A stretch of DNA of 62,927 nucleotides, filler included, from Ministeria vibrans ATCC 50519 (taxonomy: Eukaryota > Protista > Filasterea): assembly GCA_943704425.1 (NCBI GenBank). It is 8 parts of 8 records of this genome, joined end to end, with 100 filler letters (N's around TTAATTAATTAA, not from the genome) between each part and the next. Parts side by side here need not be neighbours in the genome. Positions count along the whole stretch, not along the records: positions 51,523 to 54,761 come from CALSCP010001124.1; positions 54,862 to 62,927 come from CALSCP010002429.1; 6 more parts are not named here. One strand, written 5' to 3'. Under the pieces are notes generated by a model, which was not told where the DNA came from, made no database searches, and saw only the letters and a list, made by a program, of their open reading frames with translations. The first letter of the stretch is position 1; each line of letters opens with the position of its first letter. Position numbers and translations under genes: made by a program. Below are positions 51,523 through 62,927 of this stretch, piece by piece.

Positions 51523-51864
51523 TTTTTTTTCTCAACACGTTGTGCCGACACAGACATGTCGTTCCCACTCAACATGCATCTTTAACTAAATCGCGATTTT
51601 TTTTGCGGGACGAGTGGCAGCGTGCTGGCCTCGAACTCAGGCGACGGCGCGCTCATCGTTTGCGCGTCGGAGCTGGCGAGCGCGTCTGATTTGCAGCGGC
51701 GTACTTTTTTTTTTTTTCTCATTTTTTTCTTTTTCCTCCTTCAATCGAGGATGGAAGAAGGCTGAAGGACTCTGAGACAGCGACTCTGGCGCGCTGAGTA
51801 CCAGAATAAATATTGGCAGGCCACAGCGACGAGCGCGAGCAGCGGCGTTGCTGCGTTTGGCGGT

Positions 51865-52439
51865 GGGAGCGTAATTGAATTGAGACTCGCGTGCTTTTTT
51901 TTTTTCGCGCGCAAAACTCAATTTTTTCACAGGATTTTTTTGCTGCGACAGCGCGTTCAAACGCTTACGAGAGGAGAGAAAAAAAAGTGACTGAAAAGTG
52001 AATTGGAATTCGAATTTATAGTAATTCTGCTAACTGGGAATCGGGCGTTACTTTGAATCGGGCATTACTTTGAATCGGGCATTACTTGGAATCGGGCATT
52101 ACTTGGAATCGGGCATTACTTGGAATCGGGCATTACTTGGAATCGGGCATTACTTTGAATCGGGCATTACTTGGAATCGGGCATTACTTTGAATCGGGCA
52201 TTACTTTGAATCGGGCATTACTTGGAATCGGGCATTACTTTGAATCGGGCGTTACTTGGAATCGGGCGTTACTTGGAATCGGGCGTTACTTGAAATCGGG
52301 GCTAACTGGAATCGGGGGCTAACTGGAATCGGGAGCGTAATTGAATTGAGACTCGCGTGCTTTTTTTTTTTCGCGCGCAAAACTCAATTTTTTCACAGGA
52401 TTTTTTTGCTGCGGCAGCGCGTTCAAACGCTTACGAGAG
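51865..52439. repeat. 17-bp tandem array (GAATCGGGCATTACTT[G/T], about 17 units, 52036-52332) between two copies of a ~106-bp direct repeat
   Basis: GGGAGCGTAATTGAATTGAGACTCGCGTGC...GTTCAAACGCTTACGAGAG at about 51865-51971 and 52331-52439. Confidence 0.88.
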
Positions 52440-52574
52440 GGGTTGGATGGCCCGACAAAGCGTTTGGCGAAAGATTGACGTTTTTCTGTGCGACAGCAGA
52501 AAAAATACTAACTGACATTCAGGTTTGATTTTGTGCTATATATTGTAACTCATAAATAAAATAACCCACTCTCT

Positions 52575-52613
<39 letters not shown>

Positions 52614-53195
52614 GATTTTGCAAGGCACTTTCAGCCCACCCGGTGCCTGGCGCCCACCGACCGCCGTCTTACGCCTGTAGGCTGTAAATCTGTGAGTGGG
52701 CGAGTGAGTGAGTGAGGAAGTTTGAGAAGAGTGCAAGAGTAAAGAGAGACGATGTGAATTCGTTTTGTTCCACCAACCTCCGCTTGTGAAACAAACGCAT
52801 GTCCGAACGCTGCCTCCTCATCAGTCATGATTGTCGCTTTGTACCCACTTAATTTGTAGAGACTGCAGATCGATGAGATTGTCTGCACGGGACAGCAGGG
52901 CCCTTGAGCGAGCTCTTTTTCAAAAGTGGACACCAAGCAAGTGAACACTTTTATACGATTCTCCTTCCACCGGATCGAGAGGGTCAAGAAGGATGCACCG
53001 ACGGTCGTGCGTCAAAGCTTGAGTGACAGCTGCCGAGTGTACAAGAGAATATCAAAAGACGACGACCTAACATAGCTGCTGTAGACGAGCAAAGCGATTG
53101 ATCAATTCATTATAGTTTATCATTATTTTGTCTTTTTTGGTTTGTGAACCCTCGTGTCTCATTTTATTGGCGAGCGAATACACTCGTCTCTGATC

Positions 53196-54482
53196 ATGGA
53201 AGGAAAACGGAAGCACGGCGACGAAGACGATGTTGGTAGGGATTTTTTTTTTGTTCGTTTGGGCGCTGAACGGAGCTCTGGTCGCTGATGTAGGGGCAGA
53301 GGGAGCCAAGAGGGCACGACAGACACCGGCGGCGGGGCCCTCGTCGGCGCTCGTTGCAGTACCGCCTGCGGATTCGAGAGGAGCGGGCGGTCGTTCGATT
53401 GTCGCGGCCGGTCCACCACGCTCGTCGAATCTCGAGGCGCCCATCATGGTTCTGAGCGGGCATGCTGGCGAGGTGATGTCGGCGAAGTTTAGTCCGGACG
53501 GCGGGACCATTGCGAGTGGGTCGTTTGATCGCGAAGTGTTTCTTTGGCGAACGTTTGGCGCTTGCGACAACTACCTCGTCCTCAAGGGCCACAAGGACGC
53601 CGTTGTGGACGTGCGATGGACGTGCGACGGCGAACAGTTGCTGTCAGCGTCGGTGGACAAGTCGGCGCTGGTGTGGGATGCGTCGACGGGGGCGCGAGTG
53701 CGACGATTGCGCGGCCACACGAGTTTTGTCAATGGCTGCGCCACCTCACCGACTTTGTCGCGCGGTGCGCACCTTATGGCGACTGCCTGCGACGACGGCA
53801 TTGTGCGACTGTATGATAGTCGTTCGCGACAAGCCGTTCACACGTTCAACACCAAGAGCCCCGTCACAGCAGTGGCATTTGGCGCTGACAGCGACATGCT
53901 CTTTGCTGGCGGTGTGGACAACGTTGTGCGCTCCTTCGACCTCCGTACCCGCTCCGAAGGCCCATTCTCACTTGTGGGCCACACCAACACAGTGACAAGT
54001 CTTGCTCTCAGTCCGTCGGGCAACGAGCTACTCTCCAACGCAATGGACGGCACTTTGCGTATTTGGGACGTCAAACCGTTTTGTCCCGTCGACCGTTGCT
54101 CACAGGTCAGGCACAGAAAAAAAAAGAAAAAAAAGGAACGAAAAGAAATTAAAACGAATTGGATGAACAGGTGTTTACGGGCCATCGACATGGGTTTGAG
54201 AAGAACCTTCACGGGTGCGCATGGTCACACACAGGCAAACGGATAAGTTGTGCGTCAGCGGATCGCAATGTCTTTGTCTTCCGCACTGTGACCACTCCCA
54301 CTCAACAGCACTCTCACTCTACCACTGCTGCTCCTCAGCCGACGGTGGTTAGTCAGCCCGAATACCGCTTGCCCGGCCATGCTGGCGCTGTCAATGACGT
54401 CGATTTTCATCCCTCTCAACCCATTTTGCTCTCAGCTGGTAGCGACAAAGTTCTCTATTTGGGCGAGATTTCTCCAGAATAA
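53196..54482 (+). CDS. SNRNP40: U5 snRNP 40 kDa WD40 protein
   Basis: RSSNLEAPIMVLSGH, LSNAMD..RIWDVKPF, HGFEKNL, YRLPGH.GAVNDVDFHP..SAGSDK.LYLGE. Confidence 0.95.
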
Positions 54483-54661
54483 CAATAATAAAAGAAAAAA
54501 CGCAATAAAATTCTCTTTTATTATTATTATGATTATGATTGAGCGGATGAGAAATCCTGACCCATTGCAGATATTTGTTTGTTTGGGGGAATCATTGAGT
54601 CGGGGAGAACCTCCGGAAGGTCAGTTCCATTCTAAAGCCCCAAAGTGAGGGAGAGCGAGCG

Positions 54662-54761
<100 letters not shown>

Positions 54762-54861
54762 NNNNNNNNNNNNNNNNNNNNNNNNNNNNNNNNNNNNNNN
54801 NNNNNTTAATTAATTAANNNNNNNNNNNNNNNNNNNNNNNNNNNNNNNNNNNNNNNNNNNN
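54762..54861. other. Artificial contig linker
   Basis: N44-TTAATTAATTAA-N44. Confidence 0.97.
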
Positions 54862-55553
54862 CCCCACACACACACACACACACACACACACAACGTTACT
54901 CCACTCGACACACAATAGACGAGCGATTGCATGTGGCTGTATTGGTTTTTGTCGAGAGAAAGAGACTGTGCTGAAATGCTCCACTTCACATACACGCACA
55001 GATGATCGGCGGAAAACAATCGATTACTGCCAACGGCCGACTCATCTCGGCACGCCATCAGGACAACTCCTTTATGCGACTGCGTGCACGAGAACAAGGA
55101 CACGAGCCCAAATGGTCGTACCGCCAGCGATGTGCCTACGACCACCGCCGCAGCCTGTACAACCGCTCGATGGGCTTCAAGGTCGCCTGCATTCTGCGCA
55201 TGCACATTCAATCGTTGGGGCTTCCCTCGAACCTCAAGCCGACACGTAAGTTCCAAGCCAAGAGCTCCAGCCGCGTCACGTCCAACCAGTGGCGCCAGTG
55301 GATTTGAGAAGGAAGGACAGGTTGTCTTGCGACTGTAGTAAAGGTGTATTATTATTTTCAAGAAGCATCACCATTCACTTGTATTTCGTACGGCGAGTAC
55401 TTTGTAGTCAGAATAAGTCAGTACGGAGAGTGATGTCTCGACGGGGAAATTCCGAAAAGAAAAGAAGTCCCAACTAACTACGCAAGTTCATTATAAATCT
55501 GATTATCCATAAATTTCTCTCTCTTCATTTATTTTGAATTCGCTTCTTTCGCC

Positions 55554-56976
55554 ATGGAAGAGTCAGAAAACGTTGACCCAATGCTATTCGATGCCGACGA
55601 CGACTTCGACGAACCCGACGACTTAAAGGTGATTATGAAATCGAGTCGAGTCGATCGTTTTTTTTTAGCGGGTCTGAGCAATCGCATTTCTGCTTGTGTG
55701 CCATCCACTTCCGTCCACGGCACGACCTCGACGGCACGTGTGTGTGTGTTTGATGTGTGTGTCCTCTCTTTTGTCTTGGCACGCGCTTTCCAATGAGTCC
55801 GTTTCGTTCTTTTGGTTGACGAACTTTTGCTGAAGGAAAATGCTCTTTCTGTCTTAAAACGCATTTCGCCGTCGTGTCAACGCCATTTCGTCTGTTGCAT
55901 CATCTACCTAATGTCCATTGGGGTCCCTTGGGACTGTATATTGAACTTCTTTTTTTGTTTGCCGCTCTCTTTCTGTGTCTTGTCGTTCTTTGTGTTCTCG
56001 CAGTTCGCTCTGGCTCAGCCGAATGAGGAGGAATACGAAGAGCTGCTACACCAGCTGCGCGCGCGACTCGATGACGAACAGGGCGAGATCCTATACGAAG
56101 TGGGTGTGAGCTCGCGCGGCGAGAATGGTCTGGACGCAGACGAGATGGAGGCGTCGCTCAATACGCTGACGGCGCTAGTGCGCGACGCCAATGCCGACTT
56201 GTCGCTGGTGCGCGAGCGCGAGGTGGACGGAAAATTTGTTGCGGAGTATCTTGTGCGCGAGAAAATGGACGAACGCGACTTTCTGGACAGTCGTGTGTGT
56301 GTGTGCGGCAATGTCGACGCGGGCAAGAGTACCCTGCTCGGTGTGCTCACCTCGGGCATTCTCGACAATGGACGTGGTCTTGCTCGTTCGACCATGTTTC
56401 GTCATAAGCACGAAAAGGAAACGGGCCGCACGAGCAGCGTGAGTCACAACATTCTGGGCTTTGACGGCCTTGGCAAGGTGGTCGAGGCGCGTGACCACAG
56501 CGGCCGCGTCGACTGGCCCAAGGTGTGCGAGCGCGCCAGCAAAGTCATCACCTTCATCGACCTGGCGGGCCACGCAGCGTACCTCAAAACGACCATGGGC
56601 GGCCTGATGGGCTCGGCACCGCACTTCCTGGTCATGGTCGTGGCCGCCAACGCAGGCATTCTGGGCACCTTCAAGGAGCACCTGGGCCTTGCACTCGCCT
56701 TGCGCCTGCCTATCGTCGTCGTCGTCACCAAGATTGACATGACCCCCGACAACATCCGCGAGGATACCATCAACCTTCTCACTCGCATTCTCAAGAGCCC
56801 CGGCTGTCGCAAGATCCCCGTTCACCTCAAGTCCACCGACGACGTTGTCGTGTGCGCTCGCAACTTTATGTCCGAACGGTACCCATTTTCTTTTTCTCGT
56901 TTGTGTTGTTCACCCCTTTCTCACCATCCGCCCACCACCACCACCAAATATACTCACACACACACACACACACACA

Positions 56977-57020
<44 letters not shown>

Positions 57021-57123
57021 TTCTATCACTTTGTTTCTTTCTCCTCTCTCTCTCTCTCTCTTTCTATCACTTTGTTTCTTTCTCCCTCCCTCCTCTCCCT
57101 CTATCACTTTGTTTCTTTCTCCC

Positions 57124-57211
<88 letters not shown>

Positions 57212-58322
57212 CTTTGCTTCTTTCTCCCCGTCGTTTTTCTCTCTGCTCTCCACGCAATGGACGTAGCATTTGTCCGATTGTTCAGGTGTCCTCCGTGGCC
57301 GGCACCAACATTGACCTTCTCCTGTCGTTTCTCAATCTCGTCTCGTGCGCCAAAAAGGGCGAGCGCTCACGCGAGACTGAGCCTCCACTTGTCACTCTCG
57401 AAGAAAACTTCTCAGTGCCCGGCGTAGGCACAGTCGTCTCGGGCACAGTGGCCGCCGGCGTCATCCGCCCCAATGACGTCCTGCTCTTGGGCCCAGACTC
57501 CCTCGGCACTTTTCAGGTATTTTGTGTGCGTTCATATCTCGATTATCTATCACTTTGTGTCTCTCTGTCTGTCTCTCTGTTCTCTGTTCATCTCGCTATT
57601 TGTCTGTCTGTCTCTGTCTCTTTCTCTCTGTGGAATCTCCGTGTGTGTACACAGGATTGACTGACTAACATGCTTCCGTTGTTGTAGCCTGTAACCATCA
57701 AGTCCATTCAACGCAAGAGACTAACAGTTCACGAGGCTCGTGCTGGACAGGCGGCTTCATTTGCCCTGAAGAAGTTCAAAAGAGCAGCCATTCGACGGGT
57801 GAGTCTCTGCGTCGTCACCCTCTTGACTCTCTCGGTCTGACCCCCCCCCCCCCCCTCGTCCCTCTTTCTTTTCTTTCGTTTGCTCTCTAGGGTGCGGTGC
57901 TTGTGGGACGTGAGACCAAACCCATGGCGGTGCGCGAGATTGACGTTGAACTGCTCGTGCTGCACCACCCCACAACCATCAGTGTCGGCTACCAGGCAAT
58001 GGTCCACTGTGGCAACGTCCGTCAGACCGCCTCCCTCGTTCGCATCGTCGACCCGCCCGACAAGGACTGTCTTCGCACGGGCGACCGTGCCGTCGTCCGT
58101 CTGCGCTTCATTCGATCCCCGGAGTACATCTCCTCAACTACCATTGTGCTGCGCGAGGGAAGAACTAAGGCCGTTGGAAAGGTAGTCGATTATTCTCAAT
58201 CTTTGACTTACAAATAATTTTACTTGTGGCGACTCTCTTTGTAGGTGGTGTCACCGATAATCGCAAACAAGAGTGTTCAAACAGATAACACAGCCACAGC
58301 TGTCAGAATAGAGGAAGCATAG
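55554..58322 (+). CDS. GTPBP1: GTP-binding protein 1 (translational GTPase)
   Basis: [94 protein letters not shown]. Confidence 0.94.
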
Positions 58323-58386
58323 AACACAGCGGAAATGTTGACTCCATGTTGACGGCCCTTTGCTCTTGTAACAGGCAGAATAAATA

Positions 58387-59000
58387 TCATTGACGTGCTC
58401 GTTTATTCGACATGTATGTTCGAATTTGTTTTTCAGTCAGGCCAAGAGTTTGAGCTAGTTCCTCTCGGCTTGCACGATCAGGATTTTGATCGTTTGAGAA
58501 AGCAGCATCAAGTTTTGATTTAACTGATGGAGGATAGTAACGAGAAGTCTCTTCGATTGACAACTCTTCAAGCTCCTTTAAGCGAGCCAAAGCTGCTCCA
58601 TATTGAGACACTACTTAGAAGATTATGGTACTGAGCTGATGAGAGTCGTATTGTTGAAGAGTACCTAAAAGCTCAAGAGCGTTGGACACCTCCCTGTGCA
58701 GTGCTGAAATTGCGACTTCCGCCGTTTCTCCGGTGTACGATTTTGCAGTGTCATCTCTGTACTGAAATAAGCGCGTCTGAGTCTCTTGATATGACACCTG
58801 TGAGGAAAAACAGTTGTTTAATGTTGATGACGAAATGCTCTGCAAAATACCTCAAGTTCCAGCGCCCTTTTTCTGTACATGTCGCGGGTGAATACTGGTC
58901 CCGTAATACAATTTGGTGTGCAGTTGAGCTCTTCAATGGCAACATCAGTCTGCAACGTCTCTAAAATAGTCGAGATATGAGATCGTGGAATGGAATTCAT
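58387..59000 (-). CDS. Small homeodomain transcription factor with a PBC-B-like N-terminal helical region, 3 exons
   Basis: GT-AG introns at about 58850-58798 and 58664-58611 join three ORFs; homeodomain KLDAAF....NPDRASREELAQTLGLTEKQIRTYMSNKRAR. Confidence 0.75.
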
Positions 59001-59099
59001 TCTTCAGCCAATGAGAGGGAAGCTGCCAATTTCAAAATTTAAAGAAGAAAAAGAAGTAACTTAAGATCGGATAACTGCGCTCACACACTTTTCTACACG

Positions 59100-60050
59100 A
59101 TGATTCATGCACAAGACTTGTTCTTCAGAACACTTGTACTTGCATTTGGCGCTTTACTCGGACTTGTCCACGGAGATTGCGTATCAGTTTTTGAACCTTC
59201 CGTCATTCAGAGGTCTTCTCAAACTCAGTTTGACTTTGGGTTTGAGTTTGCCTTTCCCTATGGCGACTTTCGCACTCAACAAGATAGTTAGTAAGGCTAG
59301 TAACCAACGGGGGTGGAAAATTAAACGTGGAACTCGCTTTCGTTGTTTTACCGAATTTTATCTTCTCTTTTCTGTTCTGTAGCGATTCTATTGATACAGC
59401 CAATGCGCTCGTTAAAATCGAGAACAATCGGGCCCAATATTTTTACGTGTCGCACACATACTCAAACGGTAAGGTGCTATCTATAACAGTATTATTAAGT
59501 TACTTCATTCGCGTGGATGAAGTATTTTATTTTAATACGTCGTAAAATTAGAAGAATACCCATTTTGACTTAAAATTAGAAGAAGAAAAAAGAAAAAGAA
59601 GAAGAATGCGTCCCAATTATAATGATACATTAACAATGATACATTAATAATGATGCAATAATAATAATGATAATGATAATGATAATAATTATTATTATTA
59701 ATTAATTATTATTCATTAATAATTAATAATTATTATTATTATTTTATAAAGTAATTATTTTAATAATAATTATTATTGTGTTATTATTCTTACTACAACG
59801 TCATAATTATTACGACGTGTAGGAACTGTCACCTCAGGCCATGATGTTGCAGCATGGTTTGTAAGAACCGAGTTGCCGTACTACTATCTTTCTATTGATG
59901 TCTTTGAGCCTCCTGAAGACGTCGAGAGCGCTTCACTTTTCCTTGATGGTGCACGGTTTTTTCGCTTCAGTGACTCCAGCATTTTACAGTCTCAAAAACT
60001 TGAGATCCTCAATACCACTTCGGTAAGGATTGAATTTTCGAACATAATAC

Positions 60051-60124
<74 letters not shown>

Positions 60125-62724
60125 CTAATTATTGTGGTGACTGTATCATTAATAAATGGGTTGTATTCTTCTTCTTCTAATTATTTTATTGATTGTTCTT
60201 CTATTGTTAACGTCTTTTTCTATTAGGAACCTTTGTGGGAGTTTTTCAACTTCTCATCACCGATACCACTTAATGCTTTCCCCGTCGCGGTTAACGCGGT
60301 TCAATCTTCTGCTCTGATCTGGACCGACTTCGGGGTAGCAAGTGTTTCCTTGAGTGATTCGATGGAAAATACCATCTCAGTTCTTGACTTGCCGCCTTAC
60401 ACGGTCTTCCTTAGCCCGCCCGCGGTCTTTGTGCCAATCACACCGACTCTCAATGTGTCTTTTAATGTTGCAACAACTTCTGCAGAACCTCTGCAAGTAA
60501 TTGGAAGTTCCAAAAAGGACACTATTCTTGGCCTATTCCGGTTTTACAGTTTGAACGGCATACCATTTAGTGTCGAGGCAGATCCAACATCGGCGGAGTC
60601 CTTTTTTCAGGCAACTCCAAGCTTTTTTTCCTACATAGGAGACACTACTGCGGTGAATTTTGCTAACTTCACTTTTTATTCAACACATGGGGATGAAATT
60701 GATCACACAACCTTCACTTTCACGTTGGGTGTTGGCTATGAGATGACTGTGAATGGAGCTCTGTGTCTCGAGGAAACCGTTCCATGGTGTGATATGTGTA
60801 CTGCTATTACGGTTCCCAATCCCACAGGATGTTCCATAAAGCGCGTGTCAAGTACAGAGGTCTCCTCGTCATTTTCAGTGACGGGACTCGATTTGCTGAA
60901 TGTTATTTCAAACATTACGACACCGATCGTTTCTGAAGGCGGATATAATGAGGACGGAACTACAGCAATTCTTGCGTCGCTTAATACCTGTTTGGTCACT
61001 TCAATTCCGATGCAGAGTCAAAGTCACAGCTCCGCAGAATACGCGACTTTCAACTTGTATGTTTCAGCCACCCATTTGTATAATGGCACAGCTGTCTCCT
61101 CATCCATTATCGAACCGTCTGTCCCTGCCACCTGCCCCAGCTTTTCCCTCAACGCTACCGTCCTTGCCGAGGCCTCGGCCAAACTTCAGTTCACTCTCAC
61201 CAACAGTGGGGCGGTAATAACTAATAATTTTAAAAGCCAGTAAAAATGATTAATTATTTCCTTACTAATAATTATTACGGTTCTTACTCTCTTGCTCAGG
61301 CATCCGGTGAATTCCTTGCCATGATTGATTGCGGAGATCTTGGCATTGGAAATGTCTCAGCCACCATTGATTCGGTAAGCCAGTTATGATCTACGTTTAA
61401 TTGGTTATTAATTAAGACATTCTTCAATGACCAGCTGGCCACAAGTGAGTTTCAGCTTGACCTGACTGCCCCTGCTGGAGACATACCGACGGCGGAAGTT
61501 CGACGCAACTGCACGGTTCTAGTGGATATTGTGCGTCTTCCATTGTGGTCGACGGCGGACAAGGTGGTAGGGCCATGCCATCATGAAGTCTCGACGTACT
61601 TTGGACTTTTCGTCGAGCCATGCGATCTGGAGCGCACCCGCCAGCCGATCACGCTGTCGTCTACCAACGTGACTGATCTTGACATCGAAATGGGAGCTAT
61701 CTTAGCCAACGCGACAAGAGAGCAGCTTCCAGGGTTGCAGGGGACCATCAAGGTGTTCTTTGACACCACTGCAGCAGTAAGAATGATGTCTGATAAATTT
61801 CTCGCGCTGAACTAATTAAATTTCTCCGATTTTAATTTCTCCGATTTTTTTTGTGTCTTCTTCGGCAATGCCAGACCCAGTCGGTTACGCTGGAGCTTCG
61901 CGCCAACTGTACGTCTCCTCTTCTCCACGGCTACACCACGCTTAATTCGCCCGTATCAGTCAACCAGGGTTTGTCGTTTGATACCCTTCTCCACATCTAC
62001 ACAAAGTAAGAGTTCATTCATTTATTGTAGTAGTTATAATAATAATAATTATTATTATTAAGATTTGCAATTTTGCGTTGATTTGCACCCTAACTATTGT
62101 TATTATTATTATTATTATTAAAATTTTGTTATTATCATTATTATTGTTATTATTATTATTCTTTTTATTCTTATTAATTTTTCTATCTTCTCTTTAGTCA
62201 AACCAATGGACCCAACGGCCCATTTGACTGCCGCGTACAGGTGTGGGCGTACCTTCCTGTTCCTGCCTGCACGTCGCCGACGCTGATTTACGACGACCCA
62301 GTCGTCGTCGAGGCGGTGAACAGCGGTGATCCGGGTACCGGTGACTCGAGCGACTCGCAGTTTATCATCTGGCTTGAGGCGACTTTTGGAAGTCAGTATT
62401 CCCACAGCACGCTTTATGCCTTTTTTGCCCTCTTCCTAATGGCCTTGTTTATTGTCCTTCTCTTGCTCATCTGGTTGCTACGAGTAAGTAATAAGGACAA
62501 ATTAATAACGGGTGATAATTGATTGTTTTTCTTTTTCTTTCTTTCAGCGTAAAACGGCAAGCAAAGCAAAGAAGAATGGCGTTGTACGTTCGGCCTCTGC
62601 CGAGTATCAAGAGGAGTTTAAAGCACAGAACAGTCTTTGTCACAACGGGCTCCATGGTTTACTGGAACACGAGGACCACTCTCCGTTAAACAGTGCCTCT
62701 AGTGAGTTACCCACAAAAACATAA
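59100..62724 (+). CDS. Unknown multi-exon type I membrane glycoprotein
   Basis: Signal peptide LVLAFGALLGLVHG, many N-x-S/T sites, Cys-containing beta-rich exons, TM LYAFFALFLMALFIVLLLLIWLL, short basic tail. Confidence 0.6.
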
Positions 62725-62822
62725 TAATAATAATAAATTATTATTATTATTATAATTATTATAGAAAAAGAGACGTCGTATTAATAATAATAATAATAAT
62801 AATTATTTTTATTATTAGTATT

Positions 62823-62927
<105 letters not shown>

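Noticed and set aside
52036-52332. Possible CRISPR array or telomere repeat
   Set aside because: Units are contiguous with no unique spacers, there are no cas genes, the context is eukaryotic, and the array is internal
52631-52987. Minus-strand ORF containing MTDEEAAFGHAFVSQAE
   Set aside because: May be a first exon, but I could not build a convincing spliced continuation or recognise a family
58612-58617. In-frame TAA before the homeodomain, suggesting readthrough or an alternative genetic code
   Set aside because: The TAA lies within a GT-AG intron; conserved genes here end in TAA, TAG and TGA normally

Overview
Eukaryotic genomic DNA, gene-dense with short GT-AG introns and many (CT)n/(CA)n/(ATT)n microsatellites. 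The gene set (ANKRD27, AVEN-like, FANCF-like, MTMR9-like, COP1, SCAMP, a homeobox gene) suggests a unicellular holozoan/amorphean protist; this is an inference. The window is eight separate contigs joined by artificial 100-nt N44-TTAATTAATTAA-N44 linkers, so adjacency across a linker carries no meaning. Most genes are housekeeping: IST1, ANKRD27/VARP, an SLC25A32/NDT-like carrier, ALG12, thiolase, PSMB3, MTMR9-like, STK16, PDCD2L, CNOT2, RPB6, SCAMP, AP3B1, MTG1, DPH3, COP1, SNRNP40 and GTPBP1. The most unusual items are: (i) a secreted precursor built from about 26 regularly spaced Arg-Arg-Arg motifs; (ii) an inner-arm dynein heavy chain gene encoding only the tail and stopping before the motor; (iii) a spliced gene joining a PBC-B-like helical region to a non-TALE-spaced homeodomain; (iv) a Sororin-like protein inside a transposon-derived contig (BED zinc fingers, Helitron helicase remnant); (v) intron-containing bacterial-type sugar genes (WecC-like dehydrogenase, GH78 rhamnosidase); and (vi) a recurrent intronic 15-mer, TATCACTTTGTTTCT, tied to CT microsatellites. 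All family calls come from motif recognition by eye; no database search was run.
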